Of a stretch of DNA of 46,288 nt, positions 46,183-46,288 are shown piece by piece. A program made the position numbers and the translations under genes. The stretch lies in the sequence record NC_049950.1, one strand, 5' to 3'. This DNA comes from Escherichia phage 2H10. The number at the start of each line of letters is the position of its first letter. The stretch's first letter is position 1. The notes beneath the pieces are model-generated. The model saw nothing but the letters and a program-made list of their open reading frames with translations, made no database searches and was not told where the DNA came from.

Positions 46183-46288
46183 ATGCATAAAGATCAATAC
46201 ACTGATGCCCCCTCCCAGGAGCAGGTTCGTGTAAAAACTATGCTTAATAGCACCATTTCGATGGGTTACCCGGATGTTGTAATTGCAT
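46183..46288 (+). CDS. 5-prime part of an ORF running off the window end (hypothetical)
   Basis: ATG 46183 preceded by GGAG; open frame [35 protein letters not shown]... to the last base. Confidence 0.4.
   Translation, partial: MHKDQYTDAPSQEQVRVKTMLNSTISMGYPDVVIA

Overview
The window is almost one complete, mosaic lambdoid phage genome laid out in virion (cos-first) order, not prophage order. All calls rest on reading the supplied six-frame translations and the nucleotide sequence by eye; no searches or folding were run. Positions 1-745 match the lambda right end and an intact cosN lies at 746-757. From 935 to 24292 there is an essentially lambda-identical head and tail module (nu1, A, W, B, C/nu3, D, E, FI, FII, Z, U, V, G/G-T, H, M, L, K, I, J, lom, stf, tfa), with a mosaic, enlarged side tail fibre. 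Next comes an AT-rich accessory zone: a Pin-type serine recombinase, a YdfK-like cold-shock gene, a LexA-box-controlled dinI-like gene, a P4-family tyrosine integrase flanked by TTGTACATA repeats, and a strongly AT-rich orphan gene. The early-left operon on the minus strand (xis-like, two DUF551 proteins, HD-domain YfdR-like, YfdQ-like, YfdP-like) is preceded by a roughly 450-nt structured non-coding leader with no N-like ORF. The immunity and early-right region has an S24-peptidase CI repressor, cro, a CII-like gene, two unknown coupled genes, an HTH replication protein, a PerC-like protein, a LexA DNA-binding-domain-only protein, RusA, a KilA-N protein, a DUF968 protein and Q. The late region has pR-prime/tR-prime, cspF/cspB morons, a phage-21-type lysis cassette (pinholin, SAR endolysin, Rz with embedded Rz1) split by an inserted convergent gene pair, then cspI, gnsB and a partial ORF at the window end. 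No rRNA, tRNA or CRISPR array was seen. The best candidates for something undescribed are the AT-rich orphan gene at 28471-29190, the structured leader at 32560-33160, and the gene pair inserted between holin and endolysin.
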